A stretch of DNA of 64,000 bases from the human T2T-CHM13v2.0 reference genome, Homo sapiens. Below, one piece after another: positions 15,180 to 31,999 of this stretch. Within the stretch, counting starts at the first letter, position 1; every line of letters starts with the position of its first letter. Position numbers and translations under genes: made by a program. The stretch is taken from assembly GCF_009914755.1 (NCBI RefSeq), contig NC_060940.1; one strand, given 5' to 3'. The notes below the pieces were generated by a model. That model did no database searches, had not been told where the DNA came from, and was given only the letters and a program-made list of their open reading frames with translations.

Positions 15180-15649
15180 CCCAAACTCCAAACACTGGGT
15201 ATTACGTTCAACTAATTCCATGAAAGCCACTCAAACTAGGGATAAAATAAACAGTAATTATGAACCAATAACAATAAAAACTTAATGAGATATTTATTTA
15301 ACTAGATGTTTGGATTATCTTCTGCTCTTTTTTGAATTAAGCATTGGAATTTAACCTAGATAAGTAGTGGCTAATGCATGCTAATATTTAGGTATGTTAA
15401 TTAAAATGTATTTTTTTAAAAAGTGATCAATCAGGAAAATTGTTGTACTTCTGTTAAGCAAGCTTGGGGAAAGCCAAACCCAGGCACTGCCATTTACCTT
15501 ACTTGCTTACTCTTATTAAAGTTGAGGCGCTCATGGTGAAATGGTGGCATGAATGATATCCTTACTAGTCCAAACCAGTAAAAGTAAAAACATGGCGTCT
15601 ATCATAATCCTGTTAAGGTAACATTGCTTTCTAGACTCTGCTGTAATTT

Positions 15650-16060
15650 GTTGATTTACTCAGTGTCTTCCCTTCTTGAGTGTGAGCTCTGTAAATACTG
15701 TACCTTGCGATCTTTTATCTCAATATCCCCAAAGTGTAAGAGCACCTGGCATGTCACAGTCAAATATTAAATGTTTATTGAAGCAATGAGTGAATAAAAT
15801 GCACTTTCTTGTAGAATACTCTTCTGATCACTCTAAAAGTGACTCTCTCTTGCCTCCATCAGCTCTTCTTTTTATTATATTCTATTTAATACCAATTTAA
15901 TATACCAGTTAGAATGGCACATTTTTCTTTTCCCTATAGATATTGAACTTCTTTATGGGCGAGATTTTCTTTTTCTAGTCTTAGCATTTCTGGTATCCAA
16001 CATCCAGTGTGGCACATGACTTTTGCTGCTTAAATAGGTGAAAGGACCAATAAATGAATG
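15650..16060 (+). mobile_element. Two L2 3'-end fragments
   Basis: GTGAGCTC...CACCTGGCA...AAATGTTTATTGAA...GAGTGAAT pattern, with a second weaker copy. Confidence 0.5.
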
Positions 16061-16135
16061 GATTTGAGTATGTCAGTCTGCTAATCTGTGCCTATCTTTG
16101 TCCAAATTTCTGGAAGGTATCAAAAGTTTATGTTA

Positions 16136-16536
<401 letters not shown>

Positions 16537-16879
16537 CTAAGCATTTGGAAATGGACAGAATATGGAGATCATTGTAAGCTGAATTTGTCAAAGTAGTAAG
16601 GCTTACATAGGTCTTGAAGAAAGCATTATAGTTTAGATTATGGAAGGATTAAGGAGGCTATTTTATGAAGCTGGAAAGGTGTGAAAAAAGCATGGACATT
16701 GGGGATATCCAGAGTTATGGTTTCCTGTGTAATAACTAGTGAGATTACTGGTCACATTGGACTATCAAGTTTTGGAAAGACTGGAAGATAATGTTGGATC
16801 TGGCAAAGAAAGTTGACAGATAACTTTAAATGTCAAGATCAAAGTTAAGACTTAGTACAATAGACACCATTACCACACA

Positions 16880-17195
16880 TAACATAGCTAAGTTGTAGTG
16901 TAGATAAAACAACCCCAAGTCTCTGAAAGTATACGTATGTGTGTGTATATATATATATGTATGTGTATATGTATGTGTGTGTATATATATGTATGTATGT
17001 GTATGTATTTCCTGTTAATCCTAGGTAGCTTCAAAGTTTTATTCTATTCCATAGTTACTCTGGTCCCACTCTAAAGGAAGCTCTCTGTGAATCGCTAATT
17101 GCTGAAGCAGGAAAATTGAAATATGGTGAATTGTGCCCTGTCTCTTGACTTTTCTGCCTGGAAGAACACAGACCACTTCAATTTGCATTTTTTAA
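16880..17195 (-). mobile_element. LTR33-like ERVL LTR remnant containing a (TA/TG)n tract at about 16930-17008
   Basis: Degenerate similarity to recalled consensus; the microsatellite is read directly. Confidence 0.4.
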
Positions 17196-18881
17196 GCAGA
17201 AGAACAATTTCAAATTGATGTACATCATAAAAAAACTTAACCCTTTGTTACATTTTACAAATGTGTATTTCCCAACTTTTTGTTTTCTGGCTCAGTTTTT
17301 GTAGATATTATAGGATGTATACCAATTATACAAAATATGCCAATTTCCTTTAAGAGCTTCACAATCTGCTCCACATGATGCAAATAAGTCTACGAAAGAG
17401 AGTTAGGAAACACATAAGGCATTATACAAGTATGTGATAGAAAAACAAAAGACAAGTGTTACTGGTTTAGGAACAAAAGCAATAAAAACAATCAACACGG
17501 ATTGAAATGCTGCAGGGAAAATTCTTCATTCTCTCCTCATTTGGTCTCACTTTGAATGCCAGGCAGTACAATGACTTCTACATACCTGAAATAATTAAAA
17601 AAATGCTCTGCCACTTCTTACAAATAATCCCTAAGAGGAAAGACAGAATATTTTACAGTCTATACAGATCATTTAATAGAAATGCAAACTTGATAGATAT
17701 GTGATATTTTAAAATATTACACATTGGAATATTTCTTCAGTGAAAAATTTATAGTGCAATGTTCATAAAATATAATTTATACAAAGTATTCTGCTGAATG
17801 GCAAACAAATATTTTATGACAATTCAGAAAATGCAAGCTAAACTTTCTCCTCTCAGATTGAACACAAAATTCCTCAACATCTATAATAAAAAGGTTCTCT
17901 TCAGTTTATTGTACATGATTGAAAAAGTAAACATAAGGTATAATTTTCACTCACTTAAGAACAATTGCTGAGATATCGTGAAATCAACATCTTAGAAATT
18001 ATTTTAAATAGATAACATGTGCAGGAACTTTACAGGCAAATTCTCCAAATCCTTTATGGTAAATGCCTAAGATTCTTTTATACTGCAGACTACAAGGGCA
18101 ATGAATGGGTTGGTACCAATCTTATAAACTGAGTAAATATGATTGTTAAACCCAAGAATAGTTTGCTTTATTTAAAATAGACTTCAGTTGTACTTGATTT
18201 TTCAAACAAAAACCTTTATTGCCTATATGAAGTTAGTATCTCTTTGTTTTTTGTTCTTTAACTAGAAGTGTCTAGTGTCATGGTTCTGGGTTTGGCTGGT
18301 GAAAGACACAGAGACCCTGTGGCATGGTGTAGTCAGTGAGGCAGAAGCACTACCTGTCACAAAATATTCAGGCCATTATTATCACCGTGAATGATTGAGG
18401 TGTCAACTCTGTAAGCCAGACAGGGTAGAAACACTACCTGCAAAGATTTCCACATGCATTTGTTTTAAGTCAAATAAGGGCCTAGGGATAGTTTAATAGA
18501 AAATCTGAGGAGGCAGAAGTGCAAAAGAGATATAAGCTGTAGGGTAGGTGACTCTCCTCCTTGTGAGTGGCATTTTTCCTTCCTTATGTTGAGCCCTTAT
18601 TCTCTTGACCTAAGCCTACAAGCAGCATTTGTGGTGATAGAAGTTGTAGCAATACTAACGCCAAGTGTGTGAACATGTCAAGCTGTCAAACTTAATGCAC
18701 TGCAGTACTTGCTTAGTACTTGGCAAATGCCTAGAGAGTGCCTGCAGCTGCTTTTATCTTTCAAGAGACTGATCCAAAACATATTTTAATGAAAGTCTAC
18801 ATTATTAGTCTAAATCTTCAGGAAGTTTCCTGTTTATATTTCTATTTAGCTCCACATTCTCTAGCTTTTGAAAATGATTAA

Positions 18882-19229
<348 letters not shown>

Positions 19230-20750
19230 TAATTGTGTTAAAAAAAAACTTAACATGAAATCTAACGTCTTGACAAATTTTTAAGTGCACAGTACAATAC
19301 TGTTCACTATAAGCACAGTGTTGTAAGGCAGATCTGCAGGACTCAATCGTTTTGCTTAACTGGAACATTTAATCTGTTGAATGACACCTCCTCATTTCAC
19401 CCTTTTCCTATCCCCTGGCAACCATCATTCAACTTTCTGCCTCTATAGATTTGACTATTTTAGATACATGTACCTCATATGAAAGTGGCAACATGCATTA
19501 TTTGTTCTTCTGTGACTGGCTTATTTCACTTAGCGTTATGTCGTCAAAGTTTGTTTGTGCTGAAAGAATTTTGAGGCAGAATGTGCTTTCTTTTTTTTTA
19601 AGGCTGAGGAACATTCCATTTCATGTAAATACCACAATTTTAAAATCTATTCATTTGCCTATGGACATTTAGGTTGTTGCCACTTCTTCGCTGTTGTAAA
19701 TAATGATGCAATGAGTATGAGGGTGCAGATGTCTCTTTGAGATCCTGATTTCAGTTCTTTTGGATAAATACCTGGGATCAGGATTGCTGAATCACATGGA
19801 ATTTCAGTTTTTAATTTTTGAGGAAATTCCATACTGCATGCTGTTTTCCATGGTGGTTGTACCATTTTAAATTTCTACCAACTATGTACTAGGGTTCCGA
19901 TTTCTCCAATTTCTTGTCACTGCTTGTTATCTTTTGTTTTCCTTGTTTAAATGACAGATATCCTAACAGGTGTGAGGTGATATCTCACTGTGGTTTTGAT
20001 TTGCATTTCCCTGATGACTGGAAATGTTGAGTATCTTTTCACCTACCTGCTGGTTATGTGTATATCTTCTTTGGAGAACTGTCTGCTCAATGCTTTTGCT
20101 CATGTTAAAATCAGGTTTTTTCCCCTTTTTATGCTATTGAGTTGGGGAAGTTACTGATATATTTTTACTATACTATTATTATATATTTAGTTTATACATA
20201 CTAACGATAAATGATCCAAAAAGGAAATTTAAAACATAGTCTCATTTAGAATAGTATCAAAAAGAATAACATACTTAGGAATAAACTTTACCATGGGAAC
20301 AAAAGAGCTGTACACTGAAAACTACAAAACATTGCTGAAAGAAGTGAAAGAAGAACCAAATAAATGAAAAAATTTCTGTGTTCATGGATTAGAAGACTTA
20401 ATATTGTTGAAATGTCTATACTACTCAAAGCAATCTATAGATTCAATGCAATCCCTATCAAAATCCCAGTGGCATTTTGTTACAGAAATAGAAAAAATAT
20501 CCTAAGATTTATATAAAACCAGAAATTTAGGTAGAACCACAAACATGTTTTTTGAATATCCAAAACAATCCTGAGAAAGAACAAAGCTAGAGACATCACA
20601 CATCTGATTTCAAAATATATTACAAAGCTACAATATGGTGCTGGCATAAAGACAGACATATAGACCAATAAAACAGCATAAAGTCCAGAAATAAACCCAT
20701 ACATCTATGGTCTACTGATCTTTCACAAGGGTGTCAAGAACAAACAAAGG

Positions 20751-21023
20751 AACAGAAAACCAAATACTGCATGTTCTCACTTATAAATGGGAACATAGAG
20801 TGCATATGGAGATAAAGAAGGGAAGAGTACACACCAGAACCTAATTGAGGGTGGAGGGTGGGAGGAGGGTGAGGATCAAAAAACTACCTGTGAGGTACTA
20901 TGCTTATTACCTAGGTCACAAAATAATCTGTACATGAAACCACTGTGACATACAATTTGCCTATATAACAAACCTGCACATGTATGCCTGAACCTAAAAT
21001 AGAAGTTAATAAAATAATGAAAA
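20751..21023 (+). mobile_element. L1PA15/16-like 3' end fragment
   Basis: G-rich L1 3' UTR and A-rich tail; TSD AAGAACAAACAAAGG / AAGAATACACAATGG. Confidence 0.85.
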
Positions 21024-21039
21024 AAGAATACACAATGGG

Positions 21040-21167
21040 GGCCAGGCATGGCAGCTTATACCTGTAATCCCAGCATTTTGGGAGGAGGAGGAAGTATCAT
21101 TTGAGGCCAGGAGTTCAAGACCAGCCTGGGCAATATAGCAAGACCCATGCTCTATTAAAAAAAAAAA
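21040..21167 (+). mobile_element. FLAM / Alu left monomer
   Basis: Monomer plus poly-A; TSD AATACACAATGGG / AATAGACAATGGG. Confidence 0.85.
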
Positions 21168-21258
21168 AATAGACAATGGGGAATGTATAGTCTCTTCAAC
21201 AAATGCTACTGGGTAAACTGGATATCCACATGCAAAACAATGAAATTAAACCCTTATC

Positions 21259-21559
21259 TTTTTTTTTTTTTTTTGGGAGTTGGAGTCTCACTCTTGCACC
21301 CAGGCTGGAGTGCAGTGGCAGTGGATCCCGGCTCATTGCAACTTCTGCCTCCTGGGTTCAAGTGATTCTCCTGCCTCAGCCTCCTGAGTGGCAGGGATTA
21401 CAAGTGTGTGCCACCATACCCAGCTAATTTTTTATTTTCAGTAGAGACTGGGCTTCACCATGTTAGCCAGGCTGACCTCAAACTCCCTACCTTAGGCAAT
21501 CCACCCACCTTGGCCTCCCAAAGTGCTGAGATTACAGGCGTGAGATACTGCGCCCAGCC
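21259..21559 (-). mobile_element. AluS
   Basis: Full dimer; TSD core ACCCTTAT. Confidence 0.93.
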
Positions 21560-22072
21560 TGGACCCTTATACCGTATGCAAAAATTAACTCAAAATGGGT
21601 TAAAGACTTAAATGGAAAACCTGAAACTGTAAAACTGCTAGAAAAAAACGTACAGAAACAGCTTCACCACATTGGTCTTGGTAATGCATAAATATTTTTA
21701 AATATACCAAAAGCACAGACAACAAAATGAAAAATAAACAAGTGGAACTACGTCAACAAAAACCTTCTGTATAGCATACAACAAAGTGAACAGGCATCCT
21801 AAAGAATGAGAGAAATATTTGGAAACCATGTATCTGATAGGGAGTTAGTATTAAAAAAGCATTTGGGTTTTAAATATGACCTCAATCACAAGTCAACACA
21901 GTTAGTTTGCTAGGCATCTTCTTCATTAAGTAGTGTCGGTGGCTCTGTTTCATCTCTTTGCATCTGTGCACATTCTATAGCATGTTACATCAATCCCTTC
22001 TCATAAACTTCTGTGAGGTGCATGTATATTGGAGCTTTACCTTAATATATAATATACAAAAAAATACATATG

Positions 22073-22435
<363 letters not shown>

Positions 22436-22911
22436 TCACAGTCTTTAAATGGATCTGTTTGTAAGCAAGCAAAAAATTTATTTGAAGAGAGGGACTAGAG
22501 TTAACAGGGAATTTAATTTGGTGCCTCTTCAGAGTGTACACCCCCATTCCAGTTCATTTTCAAATAATCAACCTGAGAACAACATTTTTAAAACACTTGA
22601 TAACTTGTATCTCACATTCTACCATGTGACAATTCAATGACAACATCACTCCCTTTTCTCTATTCCCTCTTACCACGGCTGCGATACTGTGTCTTAGACA
22701 TCTGCTTTTTGGCTGCTTCATTCCCCAGGAGGCTACATTTTGCATTTTTCAATCTTGGAAGCAGTTCTGTTCCTTTGAAGTGTTTCTTCATTGTTCCTTA
22801 GGACCTAGACAAAACTAATACTTCCCATTCACTTTGCTAATTTTCCATCTTTAATTTATATACTTTATTAAGTATATTTTAAATAGAGACGAGATTAAAA
22901 AATATTTACAA

Positions 22912-23917
<1,006 letters not shown>

Positions 23918-24249
23918 TCAGTAATGCTTCTAACAACAAAATTAATTTTTAAATTCTTAAGTTCTCTTCCTAGATATAAATAACTACATGGACAATGTAA
24001 AAGAAATACAAACGCCATTTGTAATAGAATCCAAACTAGATTAGATTGGAAGTTGGGTTTATTATTTATTGATTTGCTTAATTTATCTTCATGGAAATAT
24101 ATATTCTGAAGCTACTCTTGTTGATCCTGATATGCTTTTTTGTTATTGTTGTCTTTTATGTTTTAATTTTTTGACTTTAAGTTTTTTTATCTTTGTGCAT
24201 TTACATTTACCTTTTTAGTTTCGTGTCAAATTATAAAAAATTTGCTGAA

Positions 24250-24859
24250 ATTTTTTTAAACTTTTAGGTTCAGGGATACATGTGCAGGTTTGTTGTATAG
24301 TTAAACTCATGTTGTACAGATTATTTTGTCAGCCAGGTACTAAGCCTGGTACCCAATAGTTAATTTTTCTGCTCCTCTCTTTCTTCCCACTCTCCACTCT
24401 CAAGTAAGCCCCAGTGTCTGTTGTTCCCTTCCTTGTGTTTATGAGTTCTCATCATTTAGCTCCCACTTATAAGTAGGAACATATAGCATTTGGTTTTCTG
24501 TTCCTGCATTAGTTTGCTAATGATAATGGCCTCCAGTTCCATCCATGTTCCCAAAACAGACATAATCTCATTCTTTTCTTATGGCTGCATAGTATTACAT
24601 GATGCATATGTATGACATTTTCTTTATCCAGTCTTTCATTGATGGGCATTTATGTTGATTCCATGTCTTTGCTATTGTGACTAGTGCTGCAGTAAACATT
24701 TGCGTGCATGTGTCTTTGTGGTAGAATGATTTCTACTATTCTGGGTATGTACTCAGTAGTGGGATTGCTGGGTCAAATGGTTCTTAGCTCTTTGAGGAAT
24801 TGCCATACTGCTTTCCACAATGGTTGAACTAATTTAGACTCCCACCAACAGTGTATAAG
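24250..24859 (-). mobile_element. L1PA13-16-like 3' end
   Basis: TTTTAGGTTCAGGGATACATGTGCAGG...CCCACCAACAGTGTATAAG. Confidence 0.85.
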
Positions 24860-25785
24860 TAATCCAAAAAATGAAAAGATATCAAGGAAAAAAATGTAAT
24901 AGAATATATACAAGAAACAAAAAAAGAACTATTTAGAATATTACTAAAGGACATAGAAGAACACTTGATTAAATGCAAGGATGTATCTGCTTTTGAGTAA
25001 AAGATAATATTATAAAGCTATTCATTCTCCCTAAAATCATCCATATAAATGAGATCATTCTGAATGTCATATAGAAAAATGTATATGAGAAATAACTAAG
25101 TTAATTAGCAAAAACAATAATGGTAAGGAGAATTTACATGTTACAAAAAATTTATAAATATATATTAATTAAAACTTATTGATACTGGCACACTAAAATA
25201 TGGTATAAGAACACATGGGACATCTGTTACTATGTCCAAATACATTTAGGGATTTGCATAAAATAGATACAGCATTGAAAAGCTTAATACATATCTAAGG
25301 AAATATGTATTAGTCAATATGGAAACCATAGCCTTCTAGAAAAGTAGATAACTTGTTTATATCAAAATAGATTTAATATAAATATTTAAAAATAATACAG
25401 ATGCAGAAAAAAGTATTGAAAGAAAATATAGGACAATGTAAAGATACACATGTAATATTGGACGGGGCCTGTCTTTCTAGGCAAAGGGAACCAAACCCAA
25501 ATGCCATAAAGGAAAAGATGAAAAATTAGATAATATATGGAAGGCTGCATAAAAATATAACATATATAACATAAAAGAAAGGGTATACATTGGGAAATAT
25601 TTTTAGCCTATATGATAGCAATGCCCACATTTATTCAGCAGCAGCAGTGGTCTTTGGTTAAGACTGACATTCTGACTGACTGAATAGGCTTCATTCAGCT
25701 ACATATTTACTTAGATTTAAAAATAATAAAGGGCAGGCAACCACACAGCATGCACAGCAACAGCATAATAGATGTTCAGCTATCA

Positions 25786-25884
25786 TGAACAACTTTTAAA
25801 TATCCCAATAACTGTCACTGGCTTGGTGGGTGTTATTGAACAACTTTTAAATATCTGAATAACTGTCACTGGCTTAGTGGGTGT
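25786..25884 (+). repeat. Tandem duplication, period 51 bp, 2 copies
   Basis: 48 bp repeated with 3 mismatches. Confidence 0.9.
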
Positions 25885-26394
25885 CGCCACCACACATCAG
25901 GAAAGCCATCAGCTCCAGGGGTCCTTCAGCTCTTACATTACATTAGTGATGTAACTTCTCAGGGATACTTGCCAACTGTTCTCCAATGTAGCTGGTATCT
26001 TATCAGTCCTAGGCTATTCACTGATTTCCAGGTTATGTCTGTGATAGCTAAATTTCACTGTGCATTCTAATTCTGGGACCTAGGGAGACTGTCTAGAGGT
26101 GGGAGCCCAGATTTTTAAATTAGAATTTTAAAAATATTCCCAAGTGATTTCAATTAGCTGCAAAGTATGAGAAACATTGGGTTGCTCAGTAATCTTGACA
26201 ACCAGGTACAGGTTTTTAGTTCAGTACAAAACATACCAGCAGGATATCCATTCATCTTAGATTCTCCTGCACATTCTTTGAGTTAATGTTGCAAGAAGGA
26301 TTTGGCTAAAGATAAAGAGTAGGAAAAAAGCTACAGCTTAGAGATTAACTCTATATTCCCAATAATAATGACACAATTTTCTTAATATCCAAAC

Positions 26395-27080
26395 CTCTGC
26401 TTTTACATGTGGTAGCTACTAGCCACACAGGGTCACTGAAAAGGATTATAAGTTATTCTACTATAAAGATACATGCACACGTATGTTTATTGCAGCACTA
26501 TTCACAATAGCAAAGACTTGGAACCAACCCAAATGCCCATCAATCATAGACTGGATAAAGAAAATGTGGCACATATACACTGTGGAATACTATGCAGCCC
26601 TAAAAAATGAGTTCATGTCCTTTGCAGGGACATGGATGAAGCTGGAAACCATCATTCTCAGCAAACCAACACAGGAACAGAAAACCAAATACAGCATGTT
26701 CTCACTCATAAGTGGGAGTTGAACAATGAGAACATATGGGCACGGGGAGGGGAACATCACATACCGGGGCCTGTTGTGGGGTAAGGGGCAAGGGGAGGGA
26801 TAGCATTAGGAGAAATACCTAATGTAGATGATGGGTTGATGGGTGCAGCAAACCACCATGGCACATGTATACCTATGTAACAAACCTGCACATCCTGCAC
26901 GTGTATCCCAGAACTTAAGTATAATAAAAAAATAAAATTACATTAATTAAATTAAAAATAAAGCTCCTCAGTTTACACTCGCCCCATTTGAAGAGCTCAA
27001 TGGCTACGTTAGACCAGTGGTTACTGGATTAGACAGAGCAGTTATGGAACACTTCCATCATCACAAAAATTCTCAACATA
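26395..27080. mobile_element. MER3 (hAT-Charlie) split by an L1PA insertion
   Basis: GGTAGCTACTAGCCAC on the left; CCTCAG...GAACACTTCCATCATCAC on the right. Confidence 0.7.
26440..26936 (+). mobile_element. L1PA7/8-like 5'-truncated 3' end
   Basis: ORF2 C-terminus MFIAALFTIAKTWNQPKCPS, G-rich 3' UTR, A tail. Confidence 0.92.
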
Positions 27081-27439
27081 GTATAAGTATGAAACTTTCT
27101 AAAAAACAGTAAAAAATAAAGCCTTAGTTTTTTTTGTTTTTTTGTTTTTTGGTTAAAAAAAAAAGAGCCATTATATAAACAGGCAGTTCATAGAAAGGAA
27201 AAAATGATATATAAATATATAAAAGTATCTTCAACCTCATTCAAAATAGAAATAACACATCCTAAAAGATTGGAATGAAAACATTTGAAACTGCAATATT
27301 TTAGACATTATTTTCCAATGTGTGCAATATAACAAAATAATACGTTCTTTCATTTTAAGTTATTCATTTCATATAATTTTTCTTTAAAATTTTTAAGCTA
27401 CTGCATCACACCCATGGTATTATGGTTACTGCTGTTTAA

Positions 27440-28198
27440 TACAAGATAGACAGGGTTTTCCAGAGAAATGGAACCAAGTATATACATGAAATGGGAACTG
27501 GTTTATGCAATTATGGAGACCAAGAAGTTCTACCATCTGCTGTCTTTTAGCAGGATAACCAGGAAAGCTGGTGGTCTAATTTAGTCTAAGTCTGAAGACC
27601 CGAGGACCAGAAGCTCAGATGTCCAAAGGCAGAAGAACATGAATGCTTCAGCTCAAGAAGAGAGAGCCAGGCACAGTAGCTCATGCCTGTAATCCCTGCC
27701 CTTTGGGAAGCCAAGGTGGGAGGATTACTTGAGCCCAGAAGTTCAAGAGCAACCTGAGCAACATAGTGAAACTCCATCTCTACAGAAAACACAAAAATTA
27801 ACCAGGTGGGGTGGTGCATGCCTGTAGTCCCAGCTACTCAGGAGGCTGAGGCAGGAGGATCGCTTCAGCCTGGGAAGCAGATGTTGCAGTGAGCTGAGAT
27901 TGTGCCACTGTACTCCAGTCTGGGCAACAGAGTGAGACCCTGTTTCAAAGAGAGGGAGGGAGGGAGAGAGAGAGAGAGAGGATTTGCCCTTTCTCCTCCG
28001 TTTTGTTCTATTTTAGCCTTCAATGGATTGGATTATATCTGCCTACAATGGTGAGGGCAGGTCTCTTTACTCAGTCTACCAATTCAAATGCAATCTCTTC
28101 TGGAAACACCCTCACAGACATACTCAGAAATAATATTTTGCCAGCTGTCTGGGTACACCTTTACCTAGTCATGTGGAAATATCAAATGAACCCTCACA
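27440..28198 (-). mobile_element. MLT2D-like ERVL LTR interrupted by an Alu
   Basis: CAGGGTTTTCCAGAGAAA...GGAAACACCCTCACAGACA...AACCCTCACA. Confidence 0.75.
27665..27949 (+). mobile_element. AluJ-like followed by a (GA)n tract
   Basis: Diverged dimer with AluJ-type motifs. Confidence 0.9.
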
Positions 28199-29376
28199 TA
28201 AACAATAGCTATCTCCTACTTGTTATACGATAATATCTGGTAACATTTACTGATAGAATAAAGCATACCTTGGTTGTCAATACAAAGCATCACAACAGAT
28301 TATTGTTCAATATTTTAGTAGTTTAAATCCATATATATAGCTGTGTGGGTTTCATATGTGCAGCATGTCATCTAATCTGAGTGTATTCTGACAGAAAAAA
28401 AAAAATCCTTAGTTCTGGTTCTAAATTGTCCTCTGCGCCAGTGCCCCATCAGAGAAACAAGTTACCTCAGAATGCTAGAACTTCTGCAAGGACTGCCCTA
28501 TAGAATTATGGAAGCAGTGGGTATCTTTTGGGGGCTGGAGCCTTGTAAAAGGCTCAGCCACTACCAAGTAGCAGCCTGAGGCAGAGCAAAAGTGGGAAGA
28601 AATACCCTGGTTCCTCCCTTCCTTTCACTTGCAGATCTTTTTCAAGTTCCCAGCTGGAAGCTCCTTAATACAGGAGCGTGGGACACAGTCCACGTCACTC
28701 AGCCCTCTAATGTTTTGGGTCAGAGCAGGGAAAGGGTGACACGTGGTTCTAAGTGAAACAGAACGATGAGGACAGCCTGAAGAAGGTATGTTACTAACGA
28801 CAAATTGCCTCTATGAGCTGCTTTTTCTTTGCTTATAGAAGAGGATGCAGGCAGAATCCAAGTACTTACTGAGTGATTCCTCATTCCCTTTCAGTTTTGA
28901 AATTGCATGCTTCCCTTTCAACCCATAAAGAAAATAGATCAATATTTTGATACTGAGGAAATTGAGATTTAAGATAAGTTTCCCCCTAAATTTATGTTAA
29001 CTAGTGCCACATGTATAAAATGTTACATTTAGCGCTCTTCTGTCCTGGTAATATTTATGAGTAGGCAAAGCTAGCAAGAACAGTCTTTCAATGTCCTGAA
29101 AGAAGGGAATCCATGAAAAATGCTGAACCATTGGTTTAGGGTCATTTTTGCCACATAATCGACACTGAGTAAGTAGAGTGGTGCTCTCCTTAATCAATTA
29201 TCGATTCAATTCTTTATTTCTCAAAATATGTGTTAGAGTTCAAAACATAGATTTGCTTTCTATGTGGGAAAAAATAGCAAACATCTTACAGATGATCAAA
29301 CATCAAACATCTTACACATGAGCTCCAGAGTTCACTGAGGAGGACCAGGGTATATATGTACCTTAATACACATCTG

Positions 29377-29688
29377 TTTTCGTTTTTTGTTTTGTTTTGT
29401 TTTGTTTTGAAATGGATCTTCTTCTGTCGCCTGGGCTGGAGTGCAGTGGCACGATCTTGGTTGACTGCAACCTCCACCTCCCGGATTCAAGCGACTCTCC
29501 TGCCTCAGCCTCCTGAGTAGCTGGGATTACAGGTGCGTGCCTCCCGCCTGGCTAATTTTTGTAATTTTAGTAGAAACAGGGTTTCACCATGTTATCCAGT
29601 CTGGTCTCGAACTCCTGACCTGAGGTGATCTGCCCACGTCAGCCTCCCAAAATGCTGGGATTACAGGCATGAGCCACCACACCTGGCC
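29377..29688 (-). mobile_element. AluS with (TTTTG)n tail
   Basis: Full dimer. Confidence 0.95.
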
Positions 29689-29762
29689 TGTTGTCACTTC
29701 TGGGACAAGGTTACAACACACACTTGGTATGCAAAGGAAAGCACATTACTAAGTTTTATTGA

Positions 29763-30889
<1,127 letters not shown>

Positions 30890-31195
30890 TTGGCCTGGTT
30901 TCGAATTATACCTTTGACATAAATAATTACTCAAGTGCTACTGGCTAAAATGCATACTATGTATATTATCTTTATTGAAAAGTGTACCTATTTCTTAAGG
31001 CTATGAATTCCCAGAAGATAGAAACTCCATGCTTTGTTGCTAATGTGGTTTCGAAGAGATATTGATAATATTATTTGAGTATAAAGAAACACTTTTCATG
31101 ATTACTTCGAATCTGAAATACAATAATCTGATGTGTCTGCTGGTTTACAGCACAGGGGTCACTGTACAAACTGAGACTATGAGGGTGTACATCTG

Positions 31196-31424
31196 ATATT
31201 CCACATAAATATGTGAATATATTCCATATAAATAGGTGAATATATTCCACATAAATAGGTAAATATATTCCACATAAATAGGTGAATATATTCCACATAA
31301 ATAGGTGAATATATTCCACATAAATAGGTGAATATATTCCACATAAATATGTGAAATATATTCCACATAAATATGTGAAATATATTCCACATAAATATGT
31401 GGAATATATTTCACAAAAATATGT
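31196..31424 (+). repeat. AT-rich palindromic minisatellite, about 10 copies of ATATTCCACATAAATA(G/T)GTGAA(A)T (23-24 bp)
   Basis: CCACA-type cores at 31201, 31224, 31247, 31270, 31293, 31316, 31339, 31363, 31387 and 31411. Confidence 0.97.
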
Positions 31425-31690
31425 AAAAGAAACATTCTTAGTCATAAAAACCAGGACTTGAACTACATAGCTTTATCTATCCATATTCCCAATTGCCTTT
31501 ATAAGTCATACCTCTAAATTGGCCTTGTCTAAGATTTTTTCTTTTTATTATTATCTGCACTAAATTTACTCCTTTCAGAAATGTTCACAAAAAATACTTT
31601 GGGTGACTTAGAAGAGCCATGGTTTTAGGAAAAGATTCAAATGTTAGGACATTTGTCCAGAAGTAGCTATGAGTATGAAAGGAGGAAACT

Positions 31691-31999
<309 letters not shown>

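Noticed and set aside
26766-26800. G-quadruplex motifs (also at about 20848-20870)
   Set aside because: Ordinary G-rich tract of the L1 3' UTR; nothing locus-specific.
31071-31445. Three overlapping repetitive ORFs, or a CRISPR-like array
   Set aside because: This is a head-to-tail minisatellite with no unique spacers. The ORFs arise because the unit lacks stops on the minus strand, and the context is eukaryotic with no cas genes.
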